Assembly: GCA_964443785.1 (NCBI GenBank)
Contig: CAYUER010000003.1
Span: 1 to 44,999 of the forward strand
Length of the DNA: 44,999 nucleotides
Source: an uncultured Gammaproteobacteria bacterium
GTDB lineage: Bacteria; Patescibacteriota; Patescibacteriia; UBA1558; GWA2-36-10
Direction: 5' to 3'
The notes under the pieces were generated by a model. That model did no database searches, was not told the origin of the DNA, and saw nothing but the letters and a program-made list of their open reading frames with translations. Below, in pieces: positions 8,634 through 17,564 of the stretch. The translations under genes and the position numbers were made by a program. Numbering within the stretch: position 1 is the stretch's first letter; each line of letters opens with the position of its first letter.

Positions 8634-9956
8634 TTATTTTTTCTTGACTTTGATCAAACGGACAGATTCAGCTTCCAATCTTTTTCGAAGCTCTGTTTTG
8701 ATTTTTCTAAAATCAACTACTTCCTGCACACCACTTTCCATATCGCGAATCAAGACTGTGCCGTCAGCAATTTCTTTTTGCCCCAAAATCACTACATACT
8801 TCACGCCCTTTTTATTGGCGATTTCTAGCTGATCTTTGAGTCCTTTTTTGGACATAGCTTCAGCCAAGCGGAAGCCATCCTGACGCAACTCCTCAAACAG
8901 CAACATTGATTTTTTTCTCGCTTCCAAACCCAATTGAGCAACAAAAACTTCTGGCGTCAGCATAGCTGGAGCAGGAATTTTTTTCTCTTGCAATTTTAGG
9001 AGTACTCTCTCCATACCAATAGCAAAGCCAACTGCTGATGTCGGGCGACCACCCAAAAGATCGACCAAGCCATCATAACGACCACCTCCGCCCAAGGAAT
9101 TCAATTTACCTTCTTCGGTATTTTCTACTATCTCCCAGACAGTTTTGGTATAATAATCCAAACCGCGAACTATTTTGTGATTCAAATTATAGTTGATATC
9201 CATTTCATCCAAAAAATCGACTACGCCCATAAAATGATTTTTACAATCATCACACAAAAAATCTAAAATCTGAGGGGCTTGCTCGCTGATTTCCTGACAT
9301 TTCTTATTTTTGCAATCCAAAACGCGCAATACATTCTTGTTCATGCGACTCTGACAATCAGGACACAAATCTTTTTTATTGTTTTGATAGTAATTTTTCA
9401 AAGCTTTGATGTATTGCGGACGACAATTTTGATCGCCAACACTATTGAGCTGTATGACAACATCCAAGCCTAGCTCTTTCAAAAACTGATAAGACATGAC
9501 CAACAGCTGAGCATCGATCACTGGATCATTGTCACCAAAACACTCAAAACCAAATTGGTGAAATTGGCGATAACGACCAGCTTGAGGCTTGTCATGACGA
9601 TATTGTGGGCCAATATAATAAAGCTTGACTGGTTGAGGCTGATTGACCATGCCGTGCTCAATATAAGCACGCACAATACTTGCTGTGCTTTCTGGACGCA
9701 AAGAGAGCTTATCACCGCCCTCAGTCACAAAAGAATACATTTCTTTACTGACTACATCAGTATCTTCGCCGACAGAACGCTTGAATAAAGAGGTAAACTC
9801 TACAATAGGCGCATCAAGACGACTATAGCCATAATTGCTGGCAAAATCATCAACTTTATCGCGCAACCATTGCCAATATACCTGCTCATCGGGCAAAATA
9901 TCTTTCATGCCCTTTACTAATTGAATAGTAGATTTTTTTGCTTTCTTTGCTGACAT
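8634..9956 (-). CDS. hisS: Histidine--tRNA ligase
   Basis: 440-aa ORF with class II HisRS signatures (LRPESTASIVRAY, GGGGRYDGL, GFAIGMERV) and an anticodon-binding C-terminal domain. Confidence 0.95.
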   Translation of the reverse strand: MSAKKAKKSTIQLVKGMKDILPDEQVYWQWLRDKVDDFASNYGYSRLDAPIVEFTSLFKRSVGEDTDVVSKEMYSFVTEGGDKLSLRPESTASIVRAYIEHGMVNQPQPVKLYYIGPQYRHDKPQAGRYRQFHQFGFECFGDNDPVIDAQLLVMSYQFLKELGLDVVIQLNSVGDQNCRPQYIKALKNYYQNNKKDLCPDCQSRMNKNVLRVLDCKNKKCQEISEQAPQILDFLCDDCKNHFMGVVDFLDEMDINYNLNHKIVRGLDYYTKTVWEIVENTEEGKLNSLGGGGRYDGLVDLLGGRPTSAVGFAIGMERVLLKLQEKKIPAPAMLTPEVFVAQLGLEARKKSMLLFEELRQDGFRLAEAMSKKGLKDQLEIANKKGVKYVVILGQKEIADGTVLIRDMESGVQEVVDFRKIKTELRKRLEAESVRLIKVKKK

Positions 9957-9961
9957 ATATT

Positions 9962-10621
9962 TTAATATTTTGGCAAATTAAAAGTGCTGATCTTATTAAA
10001 AGGCCAACCCCTAAACCAAGCCTTGCCGATAATAGCATCATCGCTGACTGGTCCAAAACGACGAGAATCAAAACTATTGGTGCGATTATCACCCATGACA
10101 TAGTATTCTTTATCTCCCAAAGTAATGGCATCAAAAGTTTCTAAGCCAAAATCTTCAATATAAGATTCGGCTAATTCTTGATCATTGACATAGACCCGGC
10201 CTTTTTTGATCTCGATCTTTTCACCTGGCAATCCGATCACTCTCTTGATAAAATAAACTTGTGGATTGAGCGGATCTTTCAAAATTACCACTTCTCCTCT
10301 AGTGGGATCACCAAAACGATAGCTGATTTCATTGATAATCAAATATTCACGATCATGAAAATTGGGCTCCATCGAAGCACCTTTCACAATAAAAGGCTGC
10401 ACCAAAAAATATCTAATAGGAACAATAATAGCCAAAGAAATAATAATCACCTTGACTGCCTCAAAAATAAACAAACCAAATTTTTTAGCACTACGAGCCA
10501 AGACACTCTCCTCTTCGCCTTCATATTGCTCCTGGGCAAAATCATCCTCCTCCATCACATCAGCAGAATTATCGTTGTTCTCTGGATTTATTTTATTGTC
10601 TGGCAAATTATTTATTGGCAT
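9962..10621 (-). CDS. lepB: Signal peptidase I
   Basis: Boxes GASMEPNF (catalytic Ser), KRVIGLPGE and GDNRTNSFDSR, plus one TM helix. The track ORF extends to 10696, but that extension overlaps a TTGCTT-17-TATAAT promoter, so the ATG at 10621 (MPINNL...) is the likely start. Confidence 0.85.
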   Translation of the reverse strand: MPINNLPDNKINPENNDNSADVMEEDDFAQEQYEGEEESVLARSAKKFGLFIFEAVKVIIISLAIIVPIRYFLVQPFIVKGASMEPNFHDREYLIINEISYRFGDPTRGEVVILKDPLNPQVYFIKRVIGLPGEKIEIKKGRVYVNDQELAESYIEDFGLETFDAITLGDKEYYVMGDNRTNSFDSRRFGPVSDDAIIGKAWFRGWPFNKISTFNLPKY

Positions 10622-10646
10622 AAATTTAGCTACTTTTAGTAAAATC

Positions 10647-10675
10647 ATTATACACAATGACCTTAGTAAAAGCAA
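10647..10675 (-). promoter_or_regulatory. Putative promoter for lepB-hisS (TTGCTT-17 nt-TATAAT with TG extension)
   Basis: On the minus strand, TTGCTT (10675-10670), a 17-nt spacer ending in TG, then TATAAT (10652-10647). It lies 25 nt upstream of the ATG at 10621. Confidence 0.45.
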
Positions 10676-10763
10676 ATAATAAGCCCTAGGGTTCATATTT
10701 GACTTTTGGGTCTATTATTATTATAATACAGGAACTTTATTCACCAATGAGTGTTTTTTTGTA

Positions 10764-12338
10764 ATGTCAGATTTTCAAATCCAAAAAATCAATGAAAACC
10801 AGCAAAATATAGAGTCTAGCAACATTGGTCAGCATCCACAGACCAACCATGCTCATGCGGGCTCTCTCAAAGCTAAAGGCAGGAAAAATAGACGTTCCTG
10901 CTGTTTTGTGTTTCTCATTATCATTTTTGCAGTAATTGGCTCATTCTTATCGGCTAGCAATAGTAGTTTTTTGGGTGGAGTAAAAAACAGCTACCTAGTC
11001 AGACAAATCACCAATATCATCTACCCCTCCAAACAACAATTAGCCGGTGAAGCTGAAGATCGTATCAATTTTTTACTCTTGGGCATTGGTGGCCCTGGTC
11101 ATGATGGACCATATCTGACTGATACTATCATCATCGGTAGCTTCAAGCCATCGACTAAAGAAGCGGCTTTATTTTCCTTGCCTCGCGACATGATCGTGCC
11201 TTACAATGGATCCTATGTCAAAATAAACGAGGTCTATTCTATTGGCAAAAAAGATAATGACCAAGGAGGAGAATTGGCCAAAAAAGTCATTGGCGAAACA
11301 TTTGACATACCACTACACTACTATGCCGTAGTTGATTTTGATGGTTTTATAAAAATGATTGATGCGCTAGGTGGTGTCACCGTCACTGTTGATCGTGCTT
11401 TTTCTGATTACCAATTTCCAACTGCTGACTACAAAGTACAGACTGTCTCTTTTAAGGCTGGAGAACAAAAAATGGATGGACTATCAGCTCTACGCTTTGC
11501 TCGCTCTAGACACGGCAACAATGGCGAGGGCTCAGACTTTGCGCGCATCAAAAGACAACAGAAAATATTATTAGCTGCCAAAGAAAAAATTTCTTCTTTC
11601 AATACTTGGATTAATCCCAAAAAAATTACCGACTTATTTTCCCTACTCAATCAATACACTACTACCGACCTAGAGCCTTGGGAGGCTGTCAAAATGATAC
11701 ACCTGACCAAAGGCGCCAACTCACAAAATGTCATCACCAAATCTATCGATGATGGCCCTGGTAGCTACCTCAAAGCTGGCTACGCCCAAAGTGGCGCTTT
11801 TATACTACAGCCAATCAGTGGCAATTTTGATGCTATCAATAAATTAATCAAAGAAATTTTCACCTACATCCAAGTACCTCAAGAAAAAGCTAAAATTGTA
11901 GTACTCAATGGCACCCCAATAGCTGGCCTAGCTTTACAAGCGGTCAATCATTTACAACAAATGGGCTACAATGTCTTAAAGTATGGCAATGATCAAAATA
12001 CTAATAAAATCAGTACTGTTGTTTATGATTTTAATAAAGATAAGGATTACACCAAAAAATCTTTAGAAACTATTTTCCAAACTACCGCCCAAAACAATAT
12101 ACCGCTAGAATTCAACCCTGCTGTCATTGCCGAAAAAATGGACCTCAAAGATCAGGATGGTCAGTGGGAAAAAATAGACTTTTTAGTGATCTTGGGTCAA
12201 GATCAGCAAATAGACACTTCCAAACAACTAGTTCCCACTATTGATCCTAGTCTTTTGAGTAGCAGTACAGCTAGCTCTACTTCCTCATCCACACCAACTA
12301 GCACCACTTCTTTGAAAAAAGATGCTATAATTAACTAA
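10764..12338 (+). CDS. LytR-CpsA-Psr (LCP) family cell-envelope phosphotransferase with a LytR_C-like C-terminal domain and a Ser/Thr-rich tail
   Basis: 524-aa ORF with an N-terminal TM anchor. The LCP core is present (INFLLLGIGGPGHDG..LTDTIIIGS...SLPRDM...GGVTVTV...RFARSRH). Confidence 0.85.
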   Translation: MSDFQIQKINENQQNIESSNIGQHPQTNHAHAGSLKAKGRKNRRSCCFVFLIIIFAVIGSFLSASNSSFLGGVKNSYLVRQITNIIYPSKQQLAGEAEDRINFLLLGIGGPGHDGPYLTDTIIIGSFKPSTKEAALFSLPRDMIVPYNGSYVKINEVYSIGKKDNDQGGELAKKVIGETFDIPLHYYAVVDFDGFIKMIDALGGVTVTVDRAFSDYQFPTADYKVQTVSFKAGEQKMDGLSALRFARSRHGNNGEGSDFARIKRQQKILLAAKEKISSFNTWINPKKITDLFSLLNQYTTTDLEPWEAVKMIHLTKGANSQNVITKSIDDGPGSYLKAGYAQSGAFILQPISGNFDAINKLIKEIFTYIQVPQEKAKIVVLNGTPIAGLALQAVNHLQQMGYNVLKYGNDQNTNKISTVVYDFNKDKDYTKKSLETIFQTTAQNNIPLEFNPAVIAEKMDLKDQDGQWEKIDFLVILGQDQQIDTSKQLVPTIDPSLLSSSTASSTSSSTPTSTTSLKKDAIIN

Positions 12339-12349
12339 ACTAAACAAAT

Positions 12350-13711
12350 ATGGCTAATCTATTCAAAGTAGCGATCGTTGGTCGAGCCAATGTCGGTAAA
12401 TCGACACTTTTTAACCGCCTGATCTCCCACCAAAAAGCTATCACTTCCAAGGTATCTGGCACTACACGCGATCGTAGCTATGCTGTCTGCTCTTGGAATG
12501 GCTTGGATTTTATGTTGATCGACACAGCTGGTCTCCAAGAAGAAAACAATCTAGAAATAGATGCACAAATACAAAAACAAGCTGTATTAGCCATAGAAGA
12601 GGCTGATCTGGTTCTCTTTGTCGTCGACACTATCAACGGAGTAATGCCTGAAGATAAAATAGTCACCAAAGTCCTCAAAAAAAATAAAAAAAATATACTA
12701 CTAGTAGCCAACAAAGCTGATACTAGTCGCCTCCGCCAACAAGTGCCAGATTTTTTTCGTTTAGGCTTTGGCGAACCAATACCTATATCAGCCAAAAGTG
12801 GTAGCGGCTGCGGAGATTTGTTGGATGATATTGTCCAAAATCTATTGACCAAAAAAAAGAAATCCAAAATAACCAAAGCTCCCGCTGAAGAAAAAACTAT
12901 CAAAGTCACCCTCTTTGGCCAACCTAATGTCGGCAAATCATCTATCATCAATGCTCTGATTGGCCAAGAAAGATTGATTGTTTCTTCCATGGCCCACACT
13001 ACTCGTGACAACCAGGATGTACTCCTGACTTATCACAAGCAAAATATCACTTTTGTCGATACAGCTGGCTTGAGAAAAAAAAGCAAAAGATTATCAAATA
13101 TTTTTGAAAAACTGAGCACCGAACAAAGTCTCCACAGCATCAAAAAATCAAATATCACTATCCTCGTGACTGATGTTTCTAAACCTTTGAGCAAACAGGA
13201 CAAAAATCTGCTCAAACTAGCGGTTGATGCTGGTAAGGGCGTCATCATCTTGGCCAACAAATGGGACCTCATCCCTGAAAAAGACACCAACACAATCAAT
13301 AAATACAAAGAGTATTATAAAAGTTTTTTTCCTTTTGTAGACTGGGCACCTATATTGTTTACCTCAGCCAACTCCAAAGCACAGCTAAGCAAGCTCTTGC
13401 CTTTGATTTTGGAATTATGGGAAAACATGAACAAAGTTATCGATGACAATGCCTTGGACAAATTATTAAAAAATTCCATCAAACAACACAAGCCATCCCG
13501 TGGCAAAGGTACTAAGCACCCCTACATCTACCACCTCAAGCAAATCGATACTAATCCACCGATTTTTTCTATCAAGGTTGATTTCAAGAGTGATTTACAT
13601 TTTTCTTATTTCCGTTTTTTAGAAAATCAAATACGCTACAAATTTGATTTTAATGGCGTACCAATTGTGATACGCAAACAAAAAACCCAAAATATTAAAG
13701 ATAAATCTTAA
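12350..13711 (+). CDS. der: Ribosome-biogenesis GTPase Der (EngA)
   Basis: Two tandem G domains (GRANVGKSTLFNRL..DTAG..NKAD and GQPNVGKSSIINAL..DTAG..NKWD) and a KH-like C-terminus. Confidence 0.95.
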   Translation: MANLFKVAIVGRANVGKSTLFNRLISHQKAITSKVSGTTRDRSYAVCSWNGLDFMLIDTAGLQEENNLEIDAQIQKQAVLAIEEADLVLFVVDTINGVMPEDKIVTKVLKKNKKNILLVANKADTSRLRQQVPDFFRLGFGEPIPISAKSGSGCGDLLDDIVQNLLTKKKKSKITKAPAEEKTIKVTLFGQPNVGKSSIINALIGQERLIVSSMAHTTRDNQDVLLTYHKQNITFVDTAGLRKKSKRLSNIFEKLSTEQSLHSIKKSNITILVTDVSKPLSKQDKNLLKLAVDAGKGVIILANKWDLIPEKDTNTINKYKEYYKSFFPFVDWAPILFTSANSKAQLSKLLPLILELWENMNKVIDDNALDKLLKNSIKQHKPSRGKGTKHPYIYHLKQIDTNPPIFSIKVDFKSDLHFSYFRFLENQIRYKFDFNGVPIVIRKQKTQNIKDKS

Positions 13712-13821
13712 AATGAATCCAGTCAGAAATTCATGAATAATGTTTATAATATATAGTATGATTTATTTGTTATAATTTTACTTTGGTAATAAAAGATTTA
13801 ATAATTTAAATTTCTAACTGG

Positions 13822-14376
13822 ATGAAATTAGTAGTAGGATTAGGCAATCCCGGAAAAGAATACCAACAGACGAGACACTCTTTTGGCTTCTTGGCTTTGG
13901 ATGCCTTATTAGAAAAAAAACAATTGAAGTGGTCTGAAAAAAAAGACTGCCAATCATTGATTGCTAGTTTTCAAGATGACAAGGATAAAATTATTTTATG
14001 CCAGCCACAAACTTTCATGAACAATTCTGGCGAAGCCGTCCAAAAACTCAAAAAATTCTACAAACTAAAAAATGATGATATCATTGTCATCTATGATGAT
14101 CTAGATTTACCTTTTGGTATATTCAAAGTGGCAGCCAAACGCTCTAGTGGTGGACACAATGGCATAGAATCAATCATCCAAGCTTTAAAATCTACTGATT
14201 TTGTACGCCTGAGACTAGGCATCGGCCCCCAGACTGGCAGTGCTGAAGATTTTGTTTTGAAAAAATTTAATACTACCGAAAAGAAAAAGCTACCAGAAAT
14301 CATTGACTCCTGTCACTTGGCTTTGGAGCTGATCATTAAAGATGGCTGGCAAGCAGCAGCCAATAAGTACAACTAA
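13822..14376 (+). CDS. pth: Peptidyl-tRNA hydrolase
   Basis: 184-aa ORF with MKLVVGLGNPG..Y..TRHSFGF, NNSGE and GGHNG motifs. Confidence 0.95.
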   Translation: MKLVVGLGNPGKEYQQTRHSFGFLALDALLEKKQLKWSEKKDCQSLIASFQDDKDKIILCQPQTFMNNSGEAVQKLKKFYKLKNDDIIVIYDDLDLPFGIFKVAAKRSSGGHNGIESIIQALKSTDFVRLRLGIGPQTGSAEDFVLKKFNTTEKKKLPEIIDSCHLALELIIKDGWQAAANKYN

Positions 14377-15866
14377 AAATTGCGCAGCCACTCTAAAAGT
14401 GTGCGCACGCCATAACCCACGCCACCGATAGGTGTATAAGCGTTTAATGGTTTTTCAGCATAAGCTGGGGCTGCTATATCAAGGTGAGCCCAAGATACAC
14501 CTTCATTGATAAATTCTTGTAAAAATAAAGCGGCTGTGATTGCTCCACCATAGCGAGTAGTAGCAGCATTGCGAATATCAGCTACCTGGCTTTTATTAAA
14601 CTCTTTATAATCATCTTCCAGTGGTAGGGACCACATTTTCTCACCAGCTATTTCACTGGCTTTTTTTATTTCCTGACTTAATTTTTCGTCATTGGAAAAC
14701 AAGCCAGCTATATTGGGCCCCAAAGCTACCATCACAGCACCAGTCAAAGTGGCCAAATCTATAATTTTTTTAGCCCCAATTTTTTGGGCATAGGCTAAAG
14801 AATCAGCTAAAGTCACCCGACCCTCTGCATCAGTATTCCAGATCTCAATACTCTTGCCTTGCATATTGCGGACAATATCACCCGGACGCATAGCTTTGTC
14901 TGATGGCATATTTTCACAGGCAGCTACTATCCCATGAACTTCGGCTTTTATATTGAGCTGTTCCAAAACAGCAAACACGCCCAAAACAGCGGCTGCTCCA
15001 CCCATGTCAATCTTCATTTGATACATACTATCGCCAGTTTTGATATTCAAACCACCACTATCAAAAGTAATACCTTTACCTACAAGAGCAATTTTTTCTT
15101 TGGCTTTGACCCGTGGTTTATAGACTAGATGAATAAATTTCAAAGGCTCGTGCGAACCCTGATCTACGGCTGCGAAAGCTTGCATACCTACTTTGAGCAC
15201 CTGTTCTTTTTCTAAAATTTTTACTTTGACTTGCTTATTATTTTTGGCAATATCGATAGCTCTGTCGGCCAAATAAGTTGGGGTCATGACATTGGCTGGC
15301 TCATTGACCAAATCTCTGGCCAAGATAGTACCGCGTGCTATGGCTTCGCCCAATTGCCAATGTTTGATAAAATTATTTTTCTTTTCTTTCGCTAATTCAA
15401 TAAATACTTGTTCAATATTTATTTGAATAACTTTTTTGTCAATTTTTTTATATTTATCAAACTTATAGCTAGCCAAATACAATCCTTCAACCAAACTTTG
15501 AGCAAAACGATCATAATCAGAAGATCCTTGTAGCCATTGACTGGCGACTAGGCCAATATTTTTCACTTGGTATTTTTGCAAAAAAGTAACTAACAAAGCG
15601 GCAGTCTCTCGCCAATCTTCTGAGGACAAGCGCCTAGACTGACCTAGGCCCAATAACACAACTAATTTATCTGCTAGCCTCATGACAAAAATATGATTTT
15701 TTTGTCCCTGAAATTTCTCTTTTTTAGTTTGAGCGATAAAAACAGACTCCTGATTTTTAGCAAAATAGCTGATAGCCTTAGCTAATTTTTCACCATCCTC
15801 AAAAATTGGACAAAAGATAGCTTCTAGCTTATTTTCTTTTAAATCTGGGCTTATAATTAGTTCCAT
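14373..15866 (-). CDS. pepA: Leucyl aminopeptidase (M17 family)
   Basis: 497-aa ORF with VGKGITFDSGG and NTDAEGRVTLAD metal-site motifs. It converges on pth with a 4-nt overlap. Confidence 0.9.
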   Translation of the reverse strand: MELIISPDLKENKLEAIFCPIFEDGEKLAKAISYFAKNQESVFIAQTKKEKFQGQKNHIFVMRLADKLVVLLGLGQSRRLSSEDWRETAALLVTFLQKYQVKNIGLVASQWLQGSSDYDRFAQSLVEGLYLASYKFDKYKKIDKKVIQINIEQVFIELAKEKKNNFIKHWQLGEAIARGTILARDLVNEPANVMTPTYLADRAIDIAKNNKQVKVKILEKEQVLKVGMQAFAAVDQGSHEPLKFIHLVYKPRVKAKEKIALVGKGITFDSGGLNIKTGDSMYQMKIDMGGAAAVLGVFAVLEQLNIKAEVHGIVAACENMPSDKAMRPGDIVRNMQGKSIEIWNTDAEGRVTLADSLAYAQKIGAKKIIDLATLTGAVMVALGPNIAGLFSNDEKLSQEIKKASEIAGEKMWSLPLEDDYKEFNKSQVADIRNAATTRYGGAITAALFLQEFINEGVSWAHLDIAAPAYAEKPLNAYTPIGGVGYGVRTLLEWLRNF

Positions 15867-15906
15867 ATATTTAAATGTTAATATTTAGGCTAAATTAACA
15901 TAATCC

Positions 15907-15942
15907 TGTCAAATTGACAAGTAAAATAGTATAGACTAAGAT
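15907..15942 (+). promoter_or_regulatory. Putative promoter (TTGACA-17 nt-TAAGAT). The -35 lies inside the perfect palindrome TGTCAA-A-TTGACA.
   Basis: TTGACA at 15914-15919 and TAAGAT at 15937-15942. The 13-bp perfect palindrome spans 15907-15919. It could also supply a TTGTCA -35 for the divergent pepA. Confidence 0.4.
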
Positions 15943-16008
15943 AATTTAGGTTTTCCACTGGACTACACAGGCCAGACAAAAAACCCAAGCACTAAAGTGA
16001 GGTGAAGC

Positions 16009-16176
16009 ATGAAAATCGAATTGCTCTGCTCCACTCCGCACTGCTCCAATCTGGTCGAAGAGGAGCCGGCAGACGCCAAGAGGCCACTCTCCAAGCTGCG
16101 CGCTACCGTGCGCTATTGCGCGGAGTGCATTGCCCGGGCAGACCAGGCCCAGCAGCCCAAGCTGCCGGGCATGTGA
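16009..16176 (+). CDS. Small GC-rich ORF: a 55-aa four-cysteine (zinc-ribbon-like) protein of unknown function
   Basis: MKIELLCSTPHCSNLVEEEPADAKRPLSKLRATVRYCAECIARADQAQQPKLPGM. The SD-like GAGGTG sits 5 nt upstream of the ATG. By hand count, 105/168 nt are G+C and 44/55 codons end in G/C, far higher than in the two overlapping track ORFs. A strong terminator follows. The ORF falls below the track's 60-aa cutoff. Confidence 0.4.
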   Translation: MKIELLCSTPHCSNLVEEEPADAKRPLSKLRATVRYCAECIARADQAQQPKLPGM

Positions 16177-16184
16177 CCACACTT

Positions 16185-16237
16185 CCGCCGCGCCCGACTC
16201 TGCAACAGCAGAGCGAGGCGCGGCGGATCTTTTTTTA
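16185..16237 (+). terminator. Strong intrinsic terminator after the small GC-rich ORF
   Basis: CCGCCGCGCC-cga-CTCTGC-aaca-GCAGAG-cga-GGCGCGGCGG gives 10+6 bp of perfect pairing with a symmetric internal loop. It is followed by ATCTTTTTTT. Confidence 0.65.
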
Positions 16238-16243
16238 TAAAAC

Positions 16244-16371
16244 AAAAATCCGCCTATCTCACACTGTCATCCCGGACTTGATCCGGGATCTCGCATTTAT
16301 TTGCCGTAAGGCAGAACAATGGTAGATTCCCGCCTTCGCGGGAATGACATTGCAAGAATTAGCGGATTTTT
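16244..16371. repeat. 128-bp imperfect palindrome (MITE-like) with 10-bp terminal inverted repeats AAAAATCCGC/GCGGATTTTT and two internal GTCAT..CCCG..CGGG..ATC hairpins
   Basis: Terminal inverted repeats lie at 16244-16253 and 16362-16371. One internal hairpin is GTCATCCCGGACTTGATCCGGGATC (16265-16289, + strand). The other is GTCATTCCCGCGAAGGCGGGAATC (16349-16326, - strand). The centre is GCC-gtaa-GGC. The element lies immediately 3' of rplA. Confidence 0.5.
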
Positions 16372-16379
16372 TAAAAAAA

Positions 16380-17060
16380 TTAATTTACTGATACTTTGAT
16401 ACTTGGCCCCATAGTAGAACTAATGTGGACAGACTTGATATAAGTACCTTTCATTTGTGGTTTAGCTTTTTTCAAAGAATCAACAAAAGCTTCAAAATTT
16501 TCTAAAATTTGTTGCTCAGTGTAAGAAGCTTTACCGATAGGCACATGAACATTGGCTGTGTCATCATTTTTGTAGGTCACTTTGCCTTTTTGCAATTCTT
16601 CAATCATCTTCACTATATCAGTACCAATGGTGCCGGTCTTAGGATTTGGCATGACGCCTTTTTGACCCAAAATTCTGGCAATCACTGCCAAATTTTTCAT
16701 CATATCAGGTACGGTGATAGCAATATCAAAATCACATTTACCCGTTTTTTTGATTTCTTCAATCAAAGTTTCGCCACCGGCAATAGCAGCACCAGCATCT
16801 TTGGCTTTTTTGACATCAGACTCTGGTACAAAAGCAGCAATGCGCACTTTTTTACCTGAACCGTGTGGCAAGTTGACCGAAGCTCTGACAATCTGCTCGC
16901 CTTTTTTGGGATCAATGCCCAAATTAGCATGAGCTTCAATAGTAGCATCAAATTTTAGACCAGCAGTTTCTTTGACTAGTTTGACTGCTTCTGTAGCTTC
17001 GTAGACCTTAGCGCTATCTACTTTAGCTTTAAAATTTTTCAATCTCTTTCCGATTTTCAT
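16380..17060 (-). CDS. rplA: 50S ribosomal protein L1
   Basis: 226-aa ORF that resembles L1 over its full length and sits directly downstream of rplK. Confidence 0.95.
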   Translation of the reverse strand: MKIGKRLKNFKAKVDSAKVYEATEAVKLVKETAGLKFDATIEAHANLGIDPKKGEQIVRASVNLPHGSGKKVRIAAFVPESDVKKAKDAGAAIAGGETLIEEIKKTGKCDFDIAITVPDMMKNLAVIARILGQKGVMPNPKTGTIGTDIVKMIEELQKGKVTYKNDDTANVHVPIGKASYTEQQILENFEAFVDSLKKAKPQMKGTYIKSVHISSTMGPSIKVSVN

Positions 17061-17124
17061 ATGGTTATAATTTACAGAGGTGCTAACGCTTTATTGACTA
17101 AACAAAGCTCCCTCCTATCTCCAA

Positions 17125-17550
17125 TTATTCTTCTATTTTGACACCCATCTGACGAGCAGTGCCAGCAATAATACGCTTGGCTGCCTCTAAATCAGTAGTG
17201 TTCAGATCAGACATCTTGGCTTTGGCAATCTCAGTCAACTGAGCATCAGTCAAAATACCAACCTTGTCCTGCAATGGCTTGCTGGAACCTTTTTCCAATT
17301 TCAAAGCTTTTTTGATCAACTCTGAGGCTGGGGCAGTCTTCAAGATAAAATCAAAAGTACGATCAGTGTAGATAGTCATCTCTACTGGTACGACTTCACC
17401 CATCCTGTCTTTGGTAGCATCATTGAATCTGACTACAAAATCTTGGATGTTTAGACCATGGGGTCCCAAAGCAGTACCGACTGGAGGTGCTGGGGTAGCT
17501 TTACCACCTTGGATCTGCAATTTTACTAATTGTTTAATTTCTTTTGCCAT
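17125..17550 (-). CDS. rplK: 50S ribosomal protein L11
   Basis: 141-aa ORF with the L11 N-terminal motif PAPPVGTALGPHGLNIQDF, in the order nusG-rplK-rplA. Confidence 0.95.
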   Translation of the reverse strand: MAKEIKQLVKLQIQGGKATPAPPVGTALGPHGLNIQDFVVRFNDATKDRMGEVVPVEMTIYTDRTFDFILKTAPASELIKKALKLEKGSSKPLQDKVGILTDAQLTEIAKAKMSDLNTTDLEAAKRIIAGTARQMGVKIEE

Positions 17551-17564
17551 ATTATTTTAGTTTA

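Noticed and set aside
9230-9420. Cluster of seven cysteines (CPDC, C..KKC, CDDC) in the HisRS insertion domain as a possible novel insertion.
   Set aside because: As I recall, comparable Cys-rich insertion domains occur in many bacterial HisRS proteins. I treat it as ordinary.
10178-13011. Long antisense ORFs 10178-10639 (+, 153 aa), 10362-10679 (+, 105 aa) and 12478-13011 (-, 177 aa). The same applies to 34511-35062 (+, 183 aa) opposite atpG.
   Set aside because: Each lies fully inside and opposite a confidently identified gene (lepB, der, atpG). They have no recognisable motifs or start signals.
15946-16240. GC island 1 as a structured RNA gene (tmRNA, RNase P RNA, SRP/4.5S RNA), since such genes appear as GC peaks in AT-rich genomes.
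   Set aside because: I found no tmRNA acceptor or T-arm (GGUUCGAUUCC-type loop with flanking stem, CCA end). There is no RNase P AGGAAAGUCC box and no SRP GGAA-tetraloop domain IV motif. Strong third-codon-position G+C bias favours coding. Only a cmscan run can fully exclude an RNA.
15946-16325. Track ORFs 15946-16245 (-, 99 aa) and 16002-16325 (+, 107 aa) in GC island 1.
   Set aside because: Their products are Ala/Arg/Gly-rich, as expected from off-frame reading of GC-rich DNA. Third-position G+C is clearly lower than in the 55-aa frame. The + ORF runs through the terminator hairpin and the palindromic repeat.
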